Source of the DNA: Planctomycetota bacterium
GTDB lineage: Bacteria; Planctomycetota; UBA1135
Reading direction: 5' to 3'
DNA length: 64,000 nt
Assembly: GCA_045047305.1 (NCBI GenBank)
Contig: JASFYO010000004.1
Location: forward strand, 16,365-80,364
In this document: piece after piece, positions 49,163 to 58,370 of the stretch
Numbering within the stretch: the first letter of the stretch is position 1
Layout of the letters: each line of letters opens with the position of its first letter
Position numbers and translations under genes: made by a program
The notes under the pieces: generated by a model
The model's database searches: none
What the model was told of the DNA's origin: nothing
What the model saw: the letters and a program-made list of their open reading frames with translations, nothing else

Positions 49163-51895
49163 TCAGCCTTTTAGCTCATTTTTGACGCGCGCGAGCAACT
49201 GCCAGGCCTCAATAGGGGGCAGTTCATCCAAGTTTGTGGACCGCAACTCCTCCAGTAGACCGCTTTCGGCAGTCTTCAGGACATCGAATAAACCAGGCTG
49301 ATGCACCAAGGATTGTGGGTCTTTTTCCGGGGTGCGCTCGGTTTGGCCCTGCAAAATCTTGCGCGAGAGGCCTTCCTCATCGTGCTCCACTTTGCCCAGG
49401 ATGACGCCGGCCCGATCGATGACCTCGCGAGGAAGCCCAGCCAGTTGCCCAACATGAATGCCATAACTACGATCCGTACCACCCTCTTCAATACGATGCA
49501 AAAAGACAATCTCTTCGCCCCATTCCCGAACCGCGACATTGAGATTGCAGGCGCCGGGTAACTCTTTTGCTAATTCGGTGAGCTGGTGATAGTGCGTAGC
49601 GAAAAGGCACCGCGCCTGAATGCGATCGTGCACGAATTCACACACCGCCCAAGCGATCGCCAAGCCATCAAAGGTGCTGGTGCCGCGACCGACCTCATCC
49701 AGGAGCAACAAACTCCGTGGAGTGGCAAAGCGCAGGATGTTGGCCGTTTCCACCATTTCCACCATGAAGGTGGATTGCCCGCGGCTGATGTCATCGCCAC
49801 TGCCAAGGCGGGTGAAAATGCGGTCGACGAGAGTCAGTCGAGCAGCATCGGCGGGGACGAAACTTCCCATTTGCGCGAGTAGAACCACCAATGCGGTTTG
49901 GCGCAGGAAGGTCGATTTACCACTCATGTTGGGGCCGGTGAGGATGGCCAAGCGCGAGACTTTGGGTTCCTCAGCATCGACACCTAAACTCGTATCGTTC
50001 GGCACAAAGGGATCGCCAAGCAGTGCGGCTTCGACTACAGGATGACGTCCTTCCTTGATTTCCAATAAACCACAGGTATCGGCGGAGGCTGCAACGAAGC
50101 TTGGACGCACGTAACGACGTTCTACCGCAACGGCAGCGAGGCCCTGCAAAACGTCTAATTCGGCTAAAGCTCGGGCGGTGTCAAAGAAACGCGAAGACTC
50201 CCGCCCAGCTGCTTGGCGCAAATCATCGAACAGGCGGAACTCGAGGTCCTTCATCTTCTCCTCGGCACCCAGCACTTTGCCCTCGTACTCCTTCAGCTCA
50301 GGCGTGATGTAACGCTCAGCATTCTTCAGGGTTTGCTTACGAATGTAGTCATCTGGTGCACGCTCCGCATTGATGCGGCTCAGCTCGATGTAATAACCAA
50401 AAACGCGGTTGAAGCCCAACTTCACCGGAACTCCAAGGCGTTCTGTCTCTCGTACTTGCAGGGCCGCAAGATAGTCTTTGCCCCCTCGCGCAAGTGCACG
50501 CAGCTCGTCGACATCGGCAGAGAAGCCATCGCGGATGAGCCCACCATCCTTTAAGGAGAGTGGCGCATCTTCGACCAAAGTCTGGCGCACGCGGGCTGCG
50601 ATTTCGGTGCACGGATCCAAACGCGCGATCAAGCGAATGACGGCATGCGATTGCGCCGATGCCAAATTTTCACGCAAGGCTGGAATGCGTTCCAGGGCGC
50701 GCGCTAACCCCAAAAGATCGCGCGCTCCTGCACGTCCGGATGCAAGTTTTGCAGCCAAGCGCTCGAGGTCACCAAGTCCATCCAAAGATTCTGCAATCTT
50801 GCGGCGACGTTTGCCGTCGGCATGAAATTCTTCCACCGCATCCTGGCGCTCGCGAATGGCATCTTCCTCTACTAGCGGCTCCAGCAGCCAGTCACGCAAT
50901 AAACGCGCACCCATTGGGGTTCCAGTGCGATCTAAAATCGCCAATAGAGTCCCATTGCGGCCTCCATCCTGCTGATTGCGCACAATCTCTAAAGTCCTGC
51001 GCGTGACCCGATCCAAAACCAAGTGTTGTTGCGCTTGGTGCAATTGCAGGTCGCGCAGCTGCTCCAAGGAAGAGCGTTGGGTTTCTGCAAGGAATTCGAG
51101 CAAGCCACCACAAGCAGCAAGTGCTTCAGGACGGTCCTCCACCCCATAAGCTTCCAGCGTGGCAACTTTCAGCCTAGCGCAGAGGTCGCGATGACCGTTG
51201 CGCGCATCAAAAGTCCACGGCATGCGTCGAGCGATTGGCAATTCTTCCCGCGCCACGAGGTCGCACAGATGTTGATAGGCGCGAAATTCGGCTTCGTCAT
51301 TCTCCGCAGCTTCAGCCACAAGCACTTCCGCTGGGTGGATGCGTGCAAGCTCCTCGCTGCAGCGCGCAACGGTAGTGATCGAGCAACGGAAAACGCCGGT
51401 GGTGAGATCAGCCCAAGCAAGGCCTACTTCCCACTCCTCTAATGGGATTTTCTCCGCTGCTTTTCCCCGTGGTACTTCTACATGAATCGCTAAAACGAAA
51501 AGCGGTTCACTGCCGACCAGACATTCATCCACTAACAGGGTGCCAGGGGTGACCACGCGCACAATATCGCGGTCGACAATGCCTTTGACCTCTTTGGGGT
51601 CCTGCATTTGCTCGCAGATGGCAACCGTGTGGCCAGCACGCACCAATCGAGTGAGATAACCCTCCATCGCCTTCACCGGAACACCGGCCATCGGCACTTC
51701 TCGCGCCTTGTCCCGCGCGGTCAAGGTCAGGCCTAGTTCTTTGGCAGCAACCTTGGCATCATCAAAAAACATCTCATAGAAATCCCCCATGCGGAAAAAA
51801 AGCAGGGCTTCCGGCTGCTTTTTCTTGGCCGCAAAGAACTGCCGCATCATCGGCGTTTCTTCAGGCTTAGTTTTGGGGGCTTGGGTCTTGCTCAC
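49163..51895 (-). CDS. mutS: DNA mismatch repair protein MutS
   Basis: FRMGDFYEMF, TGPNMSGKST, STFMVEM, DEVGRGT, FATHY, SYGIHV. Confidence 0.97.
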   Translation of the reverse strand: MSKTQAPKTKPEETPMMRQFFAAKKKQPEALLFFRMGDFYEMFFDDAKVAAKELGLTLTARDKAREVPMAGVPVKAMEGYLTRLVRAGHTVAICEQMQDPKEVKGIVDRDIVRVVTPGTLLVDECLVGSEPLFVLAIHVEVPRGKAAEKIPLEEWEVGLAWADLTTGVFRCSITTVARCSEELARIHPAEVLVAEAAENDEAEFRAYQHLCDLVAREELPIARRMPWTFDARNGHRDLCARLKVATLEAYGVEDRPEALAACGGLLEFLAETQRSSLEQLRDLQLHQAQQHLVLDRVTRRTLEIVRNQQDGGRNGTLLAILDRTGTPMGARLLRDWLLEPLVEEDAIRERQDAVEEFHADGKRRRKIAESLDGLGDLERLAAKLASGRAGARDLLGLARALERIPALRENLASAQSHAVIRLIARLDPCTEIAARVRQTLVEDAPLSLKDGGLIRDGFSADVDELRALARGGKDYLAALQVRETERLGVPVKLGFNRVFGYYIELSRINAERAPDDYIRKQTLKNAERYITPELKEYEGKVLGAEEKMKDLEFRLFDDLRQAAGRESSRFFDTARALAELDVLQGLAAVAVERRYVRPSFVAASADTCGLLEIKEGRHPVVEAALLGDPFVPNDTSLGVDAEEPKVSRLAILTGPNMSGKSTFLRQTALVVLLAQMGSFVPADAARLTLVDRIFTRLGSGDDISRGQSTFMVEMVETANILRFATPRSLLLLDEVGRGTSTFDGLAIAWAVCEFVHDRIQARCLFATHYHQLTELAKELPGACNLNVAVREWGEEIVFLHRIEEGGTDRSYGIHVGQLAGLPREVIDRAGVILGKVEHDEEGLSRKILQGQTERTPEKDPQSLVHQPGLFDVLKTAESGLLEELRSTNLDELPPIEAWQLLARVKNELKG

Positions 51896-52056
51896 TACGC
51901 TGGGATTTTACCTGCCCCTACGTCCTCTCGTCCGTAAACCAGTAAGAAGGGCCCGGGGCTTTCAGCCGTCCTCACGTTGCTGCCGAAGACGGTCCCCCGA
52001 AAGTTGCCGGGTTCCTGTTACCATTCCTTATCGCCCTCCCTAGGCGTTCCTCATCC

Positions 52057-53355
52057 ATGATGCGCTTTCCAAAAGCTCCGACCGCCGCCCTATTTCTGTG
52101 GCTTTGCGCATCCTGCTCTTCTTCCGTCCTCACCGACTATCCAGAAGATGCTTGGCTCGGCCTCGATGCCTTTGAACACGGCGAATTTTCTTATGCCGCC
52201 GACGAGTTTTCCACTCTCACCGGCACCCGTGGGAGTAATGAATTTCTCGCACATGCGGAAGCTGGCATGGCCCACCACGTCGACGGCAACCTGGAGGGAT
52301 CAACCCGTGAATGGCTAGCTGCCCTAAGGGTTGTACAGGGTTTCAAGGATCGCCCAACAGTGAGCGGTCGTAGCCTGAGCGAAGGCGCCCTCTCGATGCT
52401 GGTCAACGATAAGACCATTCCTTACGACGGCGAGGGCTTTGAAGTTGTACTTCTACACTCCTTTCTAGCGTGGGACTATCTTCGTTTGGGCAAACTCTCT
52501 GATGCCATGGTCGAAATCAAACGCGGCTATGAATTTGAACAGTTTGAAAAAGACCGCTACGACAATACCACCGGTATGAATCGCTTTGGGCGCTTCATTG
52601 CCGCGCTGGCTCAGGATGTGGATGGGCAATACAACGATGCCCGGATCGATCTCGACCTCCTTGCGCAGCAGATTCCGAACCATCCGGCGGTGGCTTACTC
52701 GAAGAAACGCATACAGCGCCTGCTTTCCTCTGAACGCGGCAAGGAACTTGCCTTCTCCGAAATCGTGGTCGTGTTTGAAAACGGCACCATGCCGGAAAAG
52801 GTGGCAGAAGAGATCACTTACAGCACCAAGCGTTCCTTTGGCCGCATCTCCGTGCCTCGCTTCAGCACGGTCGTCGGGCGCTCACGGCGCCTGCAAGTGG
52901 AAGTCGCAGAGCAATCAGTTGGCATGACCACCAGCCTAGAGAACGTCAACCAAGTTGGCCGGAATAACTTAAATGACCGTGTTGCTTGGGTGACCACCAA
53001 AGCATTACTGCGCTCGGCAGCCAAAACCATCATCATCGATGGCGTTGCAGAAGAGGTAGAAGATGAACACGGTCAATGGGCTGGTATCCTGGTTGGACTT
53101 GCTGGTTCGTTCCTAAACGTTTACTCCGAGAGCGCCGATTTACGCTCTTGGCTCACCTTGCCGCATGATATTCAAGTACTGCGAGCGCGTGTGAAACCTG
53201 GTGAGCACCGTATTCTGGTGCACACGGACAACAATTCACCACTTGACCTCGGAATCTACTCATTCCAGGCCGGGACTCCCGTAATGATTAGCGTGCGCGC
53301 CATAGGCAATCAGCTTTATGCATCGCCGCGCGCTCTTTCTGATCCACTACCCTAG
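52057..53355 (+). CDS. COG3014-like lipoprotein
   Basis: Lipobox LCASC; NDKTIPYDGEGFE and ADLRSWLTLP motifs; synteny with ycfL/lpoB. Confidence 0.72.
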   Translation: MMRFPKAPTAALFLWLCASCSSSVLTDYPEDAWLGLDAFEHGEFSYAADEFSTLTGTRGSNEFLAHAEAGMAHHVDGNLEGSTREWLAALRVVQGFKDRPTVSGRSLSEGALSMLVNDKTIPYDGEGFEVVLLHSFLAWDYLRLGKLSDAMVEIKRGYEFEQFEKDRYDNTTGMNRFGRFIAALAQDVDGQYNDARIDLDLLAQQIPNHPAVAYSKKRIQRLLSSERGKELAFSEIVVVFENGTMPEKVAEEITYSTKRSFGRISVPRFSTVVGRSRRLQVEVAEQSVGMTTSLENVNQVGRNNLNDRVAWVTTKALLRSAAKTIIIDGVAEEVEDEHGQWAGILVGLAGSFLNVYSESADLRSWLTLPHDIQVLRARVKPGEHRILVHTDNNSPLDLGIYSFQAGTPVMISVRAIGNQLYASPRALSDPLP

Positions 53356-53365
53356 TCGTTGAGAC

Positions 53366-53761
53366 ATGAAAAGACTTCCCTTCCTCATCTTACTCTGCGG
53401 ACTACTTGGCACTGCAGCTTGTAGTTCAGCTGGCGTTCAAAATGGCCCCCTCAGTGGCTCCGCTCGTTATGTCGGCGACGACGATATCGAAGACATCATT
53501 GATCTATCCACGGAACGGATTAGCTTTGGCCGCTCTGATTTTGCGGTTTACCAAGTCGAGCTACAAAATCAGGATAAAGACGATGTCCGCGTTGAGTATC
53601 GTGCACGCTGGTTTGATGCAGAAGGCATTGAAATGGAAAGCGTGACTCGCTCTTGGAAAAAAGTCTACGTGGTCGGACGCTCCCATCAACCCGTTACTTC
53701 GGTCGCACCAAACATGGAAGCGGTGCGTTGTGAACTGGAAGTACGCATTTCGGATTCTTAA
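53366..53761 (+). CDS. YcfL/DUF1425-like lipoprotein
   Basis: Lipobox GTAAC; VELQN...VEYRARWFDAEGIE...SVAPN. Confidence 0.75.
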   Translation: MKRLPFLILLCGLLGTAACSSAGVQNGPLSGSARYVGDDDIEDIIDLSTERISFGRSDFAVYQVELQNQDKDDVRVEYRARWFDAEGIEMESVTRSWKKVYVVGRSHQPVTSVAPNMEAVRCELEVRISDS

Positions 53762-53764
53762 TTC

Positions 53765-54208
53765 ATGAAACGATTCCTTCTCCCTTTAGCTTCGGTCGTC
53801 GTGCTTGGAGCATGCGCAGGCCCTGAAATTCACGAAGCCGATGTCATCCGCATCAACGGACAAGATTTCGATTACGGCGATGAAGAAGTGCGCAATGTCG
53901 TTGTGGAGGTCCGCAACTTCGCCGACGACCTCGACCTCGATTTTGGCTCCGTCGATGGCCGCCTCTCCGATGGACGACTTGCCGTACAGTTCCGCATCAC
54001 CAATCAGGAAGATGAAGCGGTACGATTACGCTGCTCATGGACTTGGCGCGATGCCGACGGCATTGTGCTGCGCCGTGGCGCCTACGAAACTCCGGAGAAG
54101 CTTTTGGTTCTCCGCCCTGGGGAAGAACGCACCCTTCCCTTCACTTCCCCAACCGAATCCGCGATCCAGTTCGTGGTACGCGTCGAAAAAACCGACCCTA
54201 ACGAATAG
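53765..54208 (+). CDS. Second YcfL/DUF1425-like lipoprotein
   Basis: Lipobox LGAC; FRITN...WTWRDADG...FTSPT. Confidence 0.65.
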   Translation: MKRFLLPLASVVVLGACAGPEIHEADVIRINGQDFDYGDEEVRNVVVEVRNFADDLDLDFGSVDGRLSDGRLAVQFRITNQEDEAVRLRCSWTWRDADGIVLRRGAYETPEKLLVLRPGEERTLPFTSPTESAIQFVVRVEKTDPNE

Positions 54209-54210
54209 TC

Positions 54211-54789
54211 ATGAACACTAGCTTTGCAATTTCTGCCTGCGCACTTGCCTTCTTGGGGTCATGCGCCACCAATGTCACCTATGAAGACCCAGAAGGCGTA
54301 GAAATCCTTTCCACGGATTTCAACTACACCGATCTGCAAGCCATCGCCGGTGAGATGACCGAATCTTTTACCGCCACCTCTGCTTGGGGCGCCGATCAAC
54401 CGCGCATTGTGTTTGGTGGTATTGATAACCGCACCAATCAACACATCGATACGCAAAATATTACCGACACCATTCGCGTTGCGCTCACCCAGTCGAGAAA
54501 GTTCTCGGTCATGGCAAGTGATGCAGGCATTGCTGAAATGGACAAAGAATTGGCATACCAGGCAACCGGCGTGGTCGATTCGGCAGCTGCGGTTGAACTT
54601 GGACGTCAGCTTGGTGCTGAGTATGTGCTCTACGGGCGCTTCACCACCATCTCCGCTGCAGGTGGCGACGTGCGTTCGGTGTTCTACAAGTTCACTCTCA
54701 ATGCCGTCAACGTGCAGACCCGCCAAATCGTGTGGGCCGACGAAAAGCAAATCCGCAAGCGTAGCGAAAAGGGAACTTTTGGTTGGTAA
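54211..54789 (+). CDS. lpoB: LpoB-family (penicillin-binding protein activator-like) lipoprotein
   Basis: Lipobox LGSC; IDNRTNQHID, ELGRQLGAEYVLYG, IVWADEKQIRK. Confidence 0.78.
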   Translation: MNTSFAISACALAFLGSCATNVTYEDPEGVEILSTDFNYTDLQAIAGEMTESFTATSAWGADQPRIVFGGIDNRTNQHIDTQNITDTIRVALTQSRKFSVMASDAGIAEMDKELAYQATGVVDSAAAVELGRQLGAEYVLYGRFTTISAAGGDVRSVFYKFTLNAVNVQTRQIVWADEKQIRKRSEKGTFGW

Positions 54790-54798
54790 GGGATCGCG

Positions 54799-55176
54799 AT
54801 GAAACCAATCGAACGACCAAAGTTGAAAGCCCCGCCCTCTCCGCAGGAATTTAACCCAAGACAGGCTTTTTCCACCCGGCAACTTCCGGGTGGAAGCCCG
54901 GTTTTCGATAAGGTTTTCCCAACCGCAATTGGGTTCGCCATTGGGGGTGCGATTAGTTTTTTCATCATCCTTGGCAGTCCAGAAGTACTTCGGTTTAGCA
55001 CTGGTGGGATTCACCACCCTCTTTTCACCGGAGCCATCTTTGGCTTTTGCGTTGGGACCTTACTCTCGCCGATTACGCTCTTGATTACGCGCAAGACCAA
55101 GTCCAACAAAGGGATTCTTCCCTTGAGCATCTTGGCCGGGCTTTTTGCAGGATTCATTGCGAGCATGATTGGGTAG
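54799..55176 (+). CDS. Hypothetical membrane protein
   Basis: 125 aa, three hydrophobic segments, tight spacing with neighbours. Confidence 0.55.
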   Translation: MKPIERPKLKAPPSPQEFNPRQAFSTRQLPGGSPVFDKVFPTAIGFAIGGAISFFIILGSPEVLRFSTGGIHHPLFTGAIFGFCVGTLLSPITLLITRKTKSNKGILPLSILAGLFAGFIASMIG

Positions 55177-55182
55177 ACTGCC

Positions 55183-56304
55183 ATGTTCATGCGCATCGCC
55201 TCATCCACTTTCTTCTTAGGCGCGGTTTTTTTTCTTTCTACGTTTTCCTGCTCTTCGGTCACCTATCGGGAAGATGTAGCGCAAACAGTGAACTTGGCCA
55301 GCTCCGACCGCTTAACCGAGCATTTAGAGTCCTTAACCGCACTGGGTCCACGACGGGCCGGCGACCCTGCCGCGGGGATTAAGACGGTGGAATATTTGGA
55401 GCAAGAGTTGGGCGCACTAGGTGTACAAACGGAGCGTGAAACTTTTGAACTCACACCAACGACAAAGTTGACGCTAACGGCGGATGGAATCGAACGTGAA
55501 ATAGCAGGTGTCTATTTTGGAAGTAACATTTCTCAATCTCGGGTGCTTCAAGGGTTCGAGGGCAGTGCAACTTTACGTTATGGAAAGAGTCGCCCTGTTG
55601 AGCAGATAAACTTATTGGCCACCATTCCGGGGACTCTTCTTCCCCACCGCATTCTCGAAATATCAGCACACCACGACACCGTTCCAGGAACCGTTGGCGC
55701 AGATGACAATACCTCCGGTGTGGCAGTCCTATTGGAAGTCGCGCGTTTATTGCAGGAGCATCCGCCTGCATACACCGTGCGTTTATGCTTCTTTGCGGCG
55801 GAAGAGATCGGACTGCGTGGAAGCACGGAACACGTCCGCCTAATGCAAGAGAGCGGCGAAGTCGACCAGGTTTTTGGATTGATTAATTTGGACACGGTTG
55901 GCTTCTTCACGGAGGAAGAGGATTCCCAAAACTCTCCCGCGAGAATCCCATTTTTAGTGTGGCCGCCATCCACGGGGAACTTCCTCGCCATCATTGGTGG
56001 GCATGGTTCGGCCGCCCTTGCGCATTTAGTGGAAGATGCTGGCGCGGTTTACGTGGACCAACTCCCCACCTATAGCTTGGCCCGCCTTGGTGGTTTTCTG
56101 CCTGATGCGAGACGCAGCGACCACGCTCCCTATTGGGATGTCAAAATCCCTGCTGTTTTCCTCACCGATACGGCCGAATTCCGCACCGACCGCTATCACC
56201 GAGCCAGCGACACCATGAACGGCTTGAACCTTAACACTCTGCAAAGAGTGGCGAAATTGGTCACCGCCGCGGCATTGTCTGCTGGTGAGCTAGCGGACGA
56301 CTAG
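55183..56304 (+). CDS. M28-family metallopeptidase (probable lipoprotein)
   Basis: SAHHDT, GADDNTSG, AEEIGLRGS, NLDTVG, SDH, YH. Confidence 0.88.
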   Translation: MFMRIASSTFFLGAVFFLSTFSCSSVTYREDVAQTVNLASSDRLTEHLESLTALGPRRAGDPAAGIKTVEYLEQELGALGVQTERETFELTPTTKLTLTADGIEREIAGVYFGSNISQSRVLQGFEGSATLRYGKSRPVEQINLLATIPGTLLPHRILEISAHHDTVPGTVGADDNTSGVAVLLEVARLLQEHPPAYTVRLCFFAAEEIGLRGSTEHVRLMQESGEVDQVFGLINLDTVGFFTEEEDSQNSPARIPFLVWPPSTGNFLAIIGGHGSAALAHLVEDAGAVYVDQLPTYSLARLGGFLPDARRSDHAPYWDVKIPAVFLTDTAEFRTDRYHRASDTMNGLNLNTLQRVAKLVTAAALSAGELADD

Positions 56305-56378
56305 CCAAAATACGCTAGAATCTGGGTTCCCGTCGGCCACGACTCTCCTTGGCTGACCCTTCTACTGACCATCCACAA

Positions 56379-57620
56379 ATGAACCCTCTGTTCAACATTA
56401 CCTTCACCGAGGAGCAGCTCGCATGGCGCGAAAAGGCTCACGAAATCGCGGTGAAGCACCTCCTTCCTAATGCCCTGAAGCACGACAAGGATTCGAGTTT
56501 CAATGAAGATGCGTTTCAAGCGGCTTCCGAAGCTGGCATGCTCGGTGTTTGGATCCCCAAGGAGTACGGCGGTTCCGGCGACGGCATTATGGCGTTGGCC
56601 TTGATGGTCGAAGAGTTCTCCAAGGCTGACCCGGCTTTCGGTGTTGCTTTTGCAGTCAACGCCCTCGGTTCTATCCCAATCATTGTGGGTGGAACGCATG
56701 AGCAAAAAGCAAAATACTTGCCCCTCGTTGCATCCGGCAAAGCTGCTTGCGCCTTCGCACTCTCTGAAAAATTCGCGGGCTCCGATGCTGGCGGACTTTC
56801 GGTGCGTGCAGAAAAGGATGGCGATACCTGGACCATCCGCGGCGAGAAGAAGTGGACCACCAACGGCTCCCGCGCCAACATCATCACTTGTTTTGCTGTC
56901 ACCGATCCTAAATCACGGTCGCGCAGAATTTCTGCTTTCATCGTCGAAGATACCGACCCTGGTTTCTCGATTAAAAAGCTGGAAGACAAGATGGGCATCC
57001 GCTCCGTTCCAGTTTGTGAAACTGTGTTCGATGGCATCAAGGTCGGCGACGACCGCTTGATTGGCGGCGTTCCTGGACTTGGCTTTAAGCACTCCATGAT
57101 GACCCTTGACCTAGCCCGCCCAGGTGTTGCTGCACAAGCTGTGGGTACTGCGGCCGGCGCATTAGAGCTGGCTACGGTTTACGCCGGACGCCGTAAGCAG
57201 TTTGGCCAAGCCATCTCTGGCTTCCAAATGATTCAGGCCATGCTCGCTGATATGGCGCAGCAAACGGAAGCTGCTCGTTGGTTGGTCTATCAAACCGCCG
57301 CGCAAGCCGATGCTGGTTACAAAGGTGTTACCAAAATCGCAGCCATGGCCAAGTGCTTCGCCACCGACGTTGCTGTGAAAGTAGCAACCGACGCAGTGCA
57401 AGTCTTTGGCGGTTACGGTTTCATGGAAGATTACCCTATTGCCAAGTACTACCGCGACGCAAAGATCTTACAGATCTACGAGGGCACCAACCAAATTCAA
57501 CGCATCGTGATTGCGCGGAATTTGATTAAAGAGTCCATGCACTTGGATTACTACAACTCGGTGATTCCATCTGAAACCCAAGAGTCCTTCGGTGCAGACC
57601 CTGTAACTGCAAACGTTTAA
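56379..57620 (+). CDS. Acyl-CoA dehydrogenase
   Basis: FALSEKFAGSD, GEKKWTTNG, RKQFG, GGYGF, IYEGTNQIQ. Start ATG 56379, or TTG 56349. Confidence 0.93.
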   Translation: MNPLFNITFTEEQLAWREKAHEIAVKHLLPNALKHDKDSSFNEDAFQAASEAGMLGVWIPKEYGGSGDGIMALALMVEEFSKADPAFGVAFAVNALGSIPIIVGGTHEQKAKYLPLVASGKAACAFALSEKFAGSDAGGLSVRAEKDGDTWTIRGEKKWTTNGSRANIITCFAVTDPKSRSRRISAFIVEDTDPGFSIKKLEDKMGIRSVPVCETVFDGIKVGDDRLIGGVPGLGFKHSMMTLDLARPGVAAQAVGTAAGALELATVYAGRRKQFGQAISGFQMIQAMLADMAQQTEAARWLVYQTAAQADAGYKGVTKIAAMAKCFATDVAVKVATDAVQVFGGYGFMEDYPIAKYYRDAKILQIYEGTNQIQRIVIARNLIKESMHLDYYNSVIPSETQESFGADPVTANV

Positions 57621-57647
57621 GCGAGCACAGTTTCGGCTTTACTCCAG

Positions 57648-57679
57648 CAAGGGTGAGTTTCGAAAGAAGCTCACCCTTG
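57648..57679. terminator. 14-bp hairpin between convergent genes
   Basis: CAAGGGTGAGTTTC-GAAA-GAAGCTCACCCTTG, overlapping the alkA stop; no U-tract. Confidence 0.55.
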
Positions 57680-58297
57680 ATCCACTAAACGGTACATCAT
57701 CCATGCTGCCACGCTGCGCAGGGGTGCCCAAACTTCTCCACGCACCTCTAGCTCCTTCGCGGTCGGACGCTCCTTCAAACCATCCATGATGCGCAATCCT
57801 TCCTGCACGCCGAGGTCGGCAATCGGGAGGACATCGAGACGGCCAAGTTTGAAGATGAGAAACATTTGCGCGGTCCACGGTCCGATGCCGCGCACCGCAA
57901 CCAGCACGTCGATGATTTCCTGATCGGTGCGATGATTAAGGCCGCGCAGCTTGAGCTTTCCATCCACAATATGGGCTGCCAAATCATGCAGGGCAAGTGC
58001 CTTATTGCGCGAAAGCCCGGCGCTGCGCAGCAAATCTTGTGGCAACCTAAGAAAGTCTTCTGGTTTTGCAAGACCAGGCCCATGTGTGAGCGCGCAGGTG
58101 CGTTTGAAAATAGTGGCCGCTGCCTTGCCTGCGAGCTGCTGATATACGACAGCCCGCGCTAAGGAATGCCAATGGCTTAGGCGTTTGCTAGAAACCTCTG
58201 GGAAGCCGGGAAAGGCCGGAAGGGTCTTCATCGCTGCGGAAAGCCGTGGGTCAGCCTTTCCAAGGGCACGTAGTTGCGCAGTCGTAGGCAAAGCCAT
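57671..58297 (-). CDS. alkA: DNA-3-methyladenine glycosylase II (HhH-GPD)
   Basis: VYQQLAGKAA, GLSRNK, VRGIGPWTA, DLGV, WAPLRS. Confidence 0.88.
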   Translation of the reverse strand: MALPTTAQLRALGKADPRLSAAMKTLPAFPGFPEVSSKRLSHWHSLARAVVYQQLAGKAAATIFKRTCALTHGPGLAKPEDFLRLPQDLLRSAGLSRNKALALHDLAAHIVDGKLKLRGLNHRTDQEIIDVLVAVRGIGPWTAQMFLIFKLGRLDVLPIADLGVQEGLRIMDGLKERPTAKELEVRGEVWAPLRSVAAWMMYRLVDQG

Positions 58298-58370
58298 AGC
58301 TCCAATCGTACGGATTCACCTGCCCAGGGAGGGCGGCGTTTGGAACCAATCCAGCTATACTTTGGCCAGG

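Noticed and set aside
58185..58370. N-terminal extensions given by the ORF track (also for trpD, E1alpha, E1beta, tyrA and the PD40 protein)
   Set aside because: They overlap neighbouring genes and precede the recognisable domain or signal peptide starts, so shorter starts were chosen.
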